A stretch of DNA of 64,000 bases from the human T2T-CHM13v2.0 reference genome, Homo sapiens. The DNA is taken from assembly GCF_009914755.1 (NCBI RefSeq), contig NC_060933.1. One strand, 5' to 3'. Under the pieces are notes generated by a model that ran no database searches, had not been told where the DNA came from, and saw only the letters and a program-made list of their open reading frames with translations. The position numbers and the translations under genes were made by a program. This document shows, piece by piece, positions 49,189 to 64,000 of this stretch; the first letter of the stretch is position 1; each line of letters begins with the position of its first letter.

Positions 49189-50215
49189 TGTTGCGGGAAG
49201 TCAGGGACCCCAAACGGAGGGACTGGCTGGAGCCATGGCAGAGGAACATAAATTGTGAAGATTTCATTTTAATATGGACATTTATCAGTTCCCAAATTAA
49301 TACTTTTATAATTTCTTACGCCTGTCTTACTTTAATCTCTTAATCCTGTTATCTTTGTAAGCTGAGGATGTATGTCACCTCAGGACCACTGTGATAATTG
49401 TGTTAACTGTACAAATTGATTGTAAAACATGTATTTGAACAATATGAAATCAGTGCATCTTGAAAAAGAACAGAATAACAGCGATTTTCAGGGAACAAGG
49501 GAAGACAACCATAAGGTCTAACTGCCTGCGGGGTTGGGAAAAACACAGCCATATTTTTCTTGTTGCAGAGAGCCTATAAATGGATGTGCAAGTAGGGAAG
49601 ATATTGCTAAATTCTTTTCCTAGCAAGGAATATTAATAATTAATATCCTGGGGAAGGAATGCATTCCTGGGGGAGGTCTATAAATGGCTGCTCTGGGAGT
49701 GTCTGTCTTATGCATTTGAGATAAGCACTGAAATACGCCCTGATCTCCTGCAGTACCCTCAGGCTTATTAGGGTGGGGGAAAAACTCCGCCCTGGTAAAT
49801 TTGTGGTCAGACTGGTTCTCTGCTTTCGAACCCTGTTTTCTGTTGTTGAAGATGTTTATCAAGACAATATGTGCACAGTGAACATAGACCCTTATCAGTA
49901 ATTCTGATTTTGCCCTTGTCCTGTTTCCTCAGAAGCATGTGATCTTTGTTCTGCCTTTTGCCCTTTGAAGCATGTGATCTTTGTGACCTACTCCCTGTTC
50001 GTACACCCCCTCCCCTTTTAAAATCCTTAATAAAAACTTGCTGGTTTTGTGGCTCAGGTGGGTATCACGGTCCTACTGATATGTGGTGTTGCCCCCAGCA
50101 GCCCAGCTGTAAAATTCCTCTCTTTGTACTCTTTCTCTTTATTTCTCAGCCAGCCAACACTTATGAAAAATAGAAAGAACCTATGTTGAAATATTGGGGG
50201 CAGGTTCCCCCGATA
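49189..50215 (+). mobile_element. MER11 (HERV-K11/HML-8) solo LTR
   Basis: Starts TGTTGCGGGAAGTCAGGGACCCC and ends GGTTCCCCCGATA, with perfect 6-bp TSD CACTAC (49183-49188, 50216-50221). TATAAA boxes at about 49575 and 49679; AATAAA at about 50029. Inserted into an L2. Confidence 0.92.
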
Positions 50216-50881
50216 CACTACAAGCATCCAGGCTAGAAGGCATGGTGCCTGGACCAGGGTGGTAGCAGGGAGGTGGGAGAAGTGTTCAGATTCTGTATAT
50301 ATTTTGAAGATAGAACCACCAGAATCTCCTTAGAGATTAGACATGGGTACGACAGAAAGACATCAAAGATGACCAAGGCTTTTGGATTGAGAAACTAGAA
50401 GTATAGAATTGTTATAACTGAGATAGTAAAGTCTGAATATGGAGCATGTTGAGCAGGAAAGATCAAAATATATTTAGTTTTCAAGATGTTATGTCAGAGA
50501 TGTGTATCAGGCATCCAGGTGGACATACTAGCCTAGAGTTAAGAGGAGAGCCAGGCTGGAGATAGAGATGGGAACTCCCAGCATACTGAGCCCAGACGAG
50601 CTAACTAAGGGATAGCTCAAGCGTAGATAGAGAAGAGCAAAGTCCCAGTGACCATGACCTGGGGCACTCTAATATTAATTTGGAGTAAAGAAAAGCTAGC
50701 AAGAGTCTGAGGAGGACCAATCAGTGAGGAAAACCAAGAGTTAAGGGAAGCCAAGGGAAGAAAGCATATCAAGGAGAGAATGATCACTATGAAATATTTC
50801 CCATAGCCAAGTGAGGCTAAGAATCAACCAGTGGATTTCACTATGTAAGGGTCCCCTGTGACCTTGACAAAAGTTAATTTT

Positions 50882-54337
<3,456 letters not shown>

Positions 54338-56035
54338 TTAAACCTGGAGGAAATCATTGCTTGCCTCTGAGCTATCCTAACAGTGGAATATGTTAGAATT
54401 TCTGGGGCTCTGTGGCAGGGCAGAATTCCATCTGATTAAAATGGAACGGACAAGGCCAGCTGACATCTCAAAGTCCTGTCTGAGCAGCTGAGCTTCCAAA
54501 GACTAATTGCTAAAAAGACTAGATCGAGTTACTGTATCCAAAATATTTGGCTATTCCTAATCGGACTGTGGTTAAGAAAAGGCCTCCTGCAGCTTTGCTC
54601 AGTTGGCAGGCAGACAATTTCCCATGATTCCAGCTTAGCACCAGTTAGAAAATTATAGGGGGAAAAAAAAGTCCCTAACAATAAGATTGCCAAGTAAATC
54701 TGGAGTTTCCTTCTTGGTAATGATTTTGATTTTTCACAACCTGAGAGGGAATCTACAAGTTGCCCTTTGTCAGCCCCTTCCTTTCTAGCCCCCCCATCTC
54801 CATACAGTTGTGTGGTGGTTAACCAGTGGGGCTATAAGGTTTCATTCCCATTAGTCAAGCTCATCATAGAATAAATAACCATTGATTTATGGTTGCCTGG
54901 ATCCTGATTAGAGTCTGGAAGATTCCTTTTTTTCCTACTTTCTCGTACTTTCTCCTTTTTTGGGGGGGGACCATAGGTAATTTATGATCTCTCTTAATAG
55001 CACAGAATCACTGTAGCAGAAACAGACTCTGTATGAGGAGCTTAGAAGACTGGTCTTTGTTTTGAGTCTGTTGCCAATAGGAGTTAAAGAGTCTCTGGTC
55101 CTCTTGGCCATTCCTCTCCACACCCATAAAATGAGAGGCCTGTACAAGGCATCTCACAGGACTGGGATTTAATGAATATGGTTCTCTGGTTGATACTGCT
55201 TTTGGACCTCAGAGTGTGGAGTGGGAGGGATGTGGTTTCAGCATAAGAGAGTAGGGAGTGGGGAATGGAGCGCATGGCAGGGCACCAGAGAAATAAAACA
55301 AGGACAATCAAGGAATGGAGGGAAGCTGCTGCTCCCTTCCCTTTTAGTGGCAATTGTCAGCCTGCTGAGGCCAAGACGCCCTACTGCTCCAAGAAGCACT
55401 GCCCAAGATTTCTGAAGGGCATGGCAGTCTGCTCTTCCCTTCACCCACAGCAAGTCACACTTTATTCCTCTCGCACCTCCAGCAATGTCTCTAATATCCA
55501 GAGGAACCTGAATATTTTACCAGCCAGACCAAGGTGTTCTGTTTCTAAATCAAATCATCACTGTCTTTTTACAGTTTTGCATTAAATGATAGGTAAAAAC
55601 TAAAACTTTTAATAACTGTTTCTTTTATATTTGTAGATCTTGCTGTTTCTCTACATAAAAATCTAATATAAGCTGATTTAGCACAAAATATGTGAAATTA
55701 TATATATTTTTATTTCTTTTGTTATTGTTTTTGTTATTATTATTTTGAGACAGGCTGTCACTTTGTCACCCAGGCTGGAGTGCAGTGGCAGGAACACAGC
55801 TCACTGCAGCCTCGCCTCCCAGGCTCAAGCAATCCTCCCACTTCAGCCTCTTGAGTAGCTGGGACTACAGGTGTACACCACCACACCCAGCTTATTTTTG
55901 TATTTTTTGTAGAGACGGCATTTTGCCATGTTGCCCAGGATGGTCTCAAACTCCTGAGCACTCACAAAGTGAGACTCTGTCTTAAAAAAAAAAAAAAAAG
56001 AATATATGAAAATCTTTCTAATAATTTCAGAGTCA

Positions 56036-56221
<186 letters not shown>

Positions 56222-56460
56222 CTAAACAGATAGCAAAGACAAAATGTTAAATAATCTAAATACTAGAGATTCAGGAGAATCATTAAGTCACAAGCATTAT
56301 TTTACAATACCTGTTTTAGCAGCAACAAAACTGACTGAATTAGCCCAACAGTGCAGAAGACTGCAGTTAGAAAAAGACATTAGAAACAGGCATTTTCGGC
56401 CGGGCACGGTGGCTTACACCTGTAATCCCAACACTTTGGAAGGTTGAGGTGGGTGGATCA

Positions 56461-56745
<285 letters not shown>

Positions 56746-57629
56746 TTATACATTTTCCTTTATTATATATTGAGGTTCTCTGATCAGTCCAATAACCTCA
56801 TTGTCTTATAATTTAAAGGTATGGAAAAATACTCAAAAGGTGTATAGAGAACAAAGTTGGAAGACTGGCACTTTTCAATTTCAAAACTTAATACAAAGCT
56901 AAATTAATTAAGATAGTGTGAGAGTAGAAATACAGATCAATGGAACTGAATCACGAGTCCAAAAATGAACCCTTACATTTAGGATCAATTGGTTTTCTAC
57001 AGAAGTGCTAAAGCAGTTCAATAGAGGAAAAATAGTCCTTTCAATAAACGTGCCGAACAACTGGATTTCCACATGGAAAATAATGCAATTGGGCCTCTTC
57101 CTTATACTACACACAAAAATTAACTTAAAATGCATCGTAGACCTGAATGTAACAGCTAAAACTATAAAACTCTTAGAAGAAAACACAGGAATAAATATTC
57201 ACGACTCTGAGAAAGGAAAAGCCTTCTTAGACATGACACCAAAAGCTCAAGGAACAAAAGAAAAATAGATTAATTGGGCTTCATCAAAATTTAAAACTTT
57301 CATGCTTCAAAGAATACCATCAAGAAAGTGAAAGCCAGCCTGGGCAACATAGTGAGACTCCATCTCTACAAAAAAAAAATACATAAAAATTAGCTGGGTA
57401 TGATGGTGCATGTCTGTGGTCCCAGCTACTTGGGAGGCTGAGGCAGGAGGTTGGCTTGAACCTGGGAGGTCAAGGCTGCAGTGAGCTGTCATCACATACT
57501 GCACTCCAGATTGGGAGACAGAGTGAGACTGGTGAGACTGAGTCTCAAAAAAAAAAAAGGGCAAAAACAAAAACAGAAAGAAGGTTAAAGGCAATTCACT
57601 GAATAGGAAAAAATATTTGCAAGCCATAT

Positions 57630-58306
<677 letters not shown>

Positions 58307-58309
58307 TTA

Positions 58310-58492
<183 letters not shown>

Positions 58493-58931
58493 TCACAAAT
58501 AACCTAGTTCAAAAATGGGCAAAGATTTTGAACAGATATTTCTCCAAAGAAGATATACAAATGGCAAATACATACGTTGAAAGATCCTTAATATTGTTAG
58601 CCATAGGGAAATGCAAGTCAAACTCAAATCAGAATGAAATATCACTTCAAACCTACTAGGATGGTTATAATAAAAAAGACAGACAATAGCACGTGTTGGT
58701 GAGTATGTAGAGAAGTTGGAACCCTCATACACTGCTTGTGGGAATGTAAAGTACTGTAGCCACTTTGCAAAACAGTTTGACAGCTCCTCAAAATGTTAAA
58801 CATGAAATTATCATATGACCCAGCAATTCTACTCATAGGTATATACTTAAAAGAAATGAAAAATCCACACAAAAACCTCTGCATGAATGTTCATAGTAAC
58901 ATTATACTTCATAGCCAGAAAGTATAAGCTA

Positions 58932-59291
<360 letters not shown>

Positions 59292-59576
59292 CTAAGTGAA
59301 AGATGCCAGTCATAAGAGACCACTTTTAGTGGGGAGGAGGGTGGTAATGGAGAGTGACTGCTAATGAGTAGCGTTTTTTGGGGGGGGTGATGAAAATATT
59401 CTTAAACTGGTTGTACAATTTTGCCAATATAGTAAAAAACATTGACTTCTACACGTTAAATGAGTGAATTACATGGTACATGAATGATATCTCAATAAAG
59501 CTGTTTTTTAAAAAAGGCATATATACTTTCTTCATGTACCCCAAAATGGAAACTCTAGGAATATATTCCCTTGTAT

Positions 59577-60121
59577 CAGCGGTCCTCAACCTTTTTGGCA
59601 CCAGGGAGCAGTTTCATTGGAAGACAATTTTTCCATCGATTGTTGGGGGGATGGTTTCAAGGATGATTCAAGTACATTGTGTTTATTGTGCACTTTATTT
59701 CTATTATTATTGCAATGTAATATACAATGAAATAATTATACAACTCACCATAACCATAGAATCAGTGGGTGAGTTTTCCTGCAACTAGACGGTCCCATCT
59801 GGGGGTGATGGGAGACAGTGACAGATCATTAGGCATCAGGCATCATCAGGCACCTGAGTAGTGCGATCTCCATAAGGAACGCACAACCTAGATCCCTCAC
59901 ATGCATAGTTCACAACAGGGTTTACACTTCTATGGGAATCTAATGCTGCCACTGTTCTGAGAAGAGGCGGAGCTCAGGCAGTAATGGGAGCAATGGGGAA
60001 GGGCTGTAAATACAGATGAAGCTTTGCTTGCTCACCTGCCCCTCACCTCCTGCTGTGCATCCCAGTTCCTGATAGGCTATGGACCACTAACGATCCATGG
60101 CCCAGGGGTAGGAGACTCCTG
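59577..60121 (+). mobile_element. MER1A (hAT-Charlie)
   Basis: CAGCGGTCCTCAACCTTTTTGGCACCAGGG...GGGGTAGGAGACTCCTG, about 545 bp. Confidence 0.85.
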
Positions 60122-60156
60122 CTTTATATAGTACTTCCATAATAAATTAGATATTA

Positions 60157-60330
<174 letters not shown>

Positions 60331-60769
60331 CTAAGTAGAAAAAAAAAAAAAAAGGAAACCATGAATAAGTCACAAGCATGGACCAACACTACTTTCCTGG
60401 TCTCGTATGCCTAGGTTCCCTAGGAACACTCTCTTAGGTGCTGAGCCACATATAAAAGGAATACCATAATGGGCTAACAGATCCCATAGGTGAAATCAGT
60501 CCCCGGACCATCCTACAACTCAGCTTCAGCTTGCTTCTGACCACCCAGCAGGTCCCTTCTGCATTTATTTGGTTCATAGTTCCACCAGCTGGTTTCACAA
60601 CCGATCCATTTGACTTCCTTGGTTCTTTGTTTCTGGGCTTCTCTTCCTTGCAATGCAGTGTATGCCATCTCTTGGTACAGTCATTCTTCAGACTATTATT
60701 TTGTCTCAGCTCTGTGACTCCCACATCACAGACAGCCCTCCTAGTAACTGCCCCCTTATCCTTTTTTGA

Positions 60770-64000
<3,231 letters not shown>

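Overview
Human-type genomic DNA rich in Alu, L1, L2, LTR and DNA-transposon fossils. I recognise it as the ZNF483 (ZKSCAN16)/PTGR1 locus. The + strand carries all of ZNF483: a CpG-island promoter, non-coding exon 1, and coding exons 8780-9191, 12253-12341, 15117-15243, 15639-15731 and 23032-24545, which splice in frame to a 744-aa SCAN-KRAB protein with 11 C2H2 fingers. The - strand carries the last four coding exons of PTGR1 (prostaglandin reductase 1). The genes are interleaved. ZNF483 has a finger-less alternative last exon (57744-57793, inside a MER82/Tigger-type fossil) in a PTGR1 intron. PTGR1 has a short alternative last exon (31173-31147, IKRENEED*) downstream of the ZNF483 finger exon. 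Both match isoforms I recall as annotated. The least explained observations are four: (1) the PTGR1 alternative exon opens an apparent fossil C2H2 zinc-finger exon (~30400-31195, - strand) embedded in an L1 ORF1; (2) a ~96% identical inverted copy of an MST LTR lies inside its own internal region; (3) two decayed ZNF483 fingers now form a C-X2-C-X17-C-X2-C spacing; (4) an exact 142-bp Alu-tail/microsatellite duplication. No prokaryotic-type system, CRISPR array or RNA gene is evident. Repeat subfamily names and boundaries are by eye and approximate.
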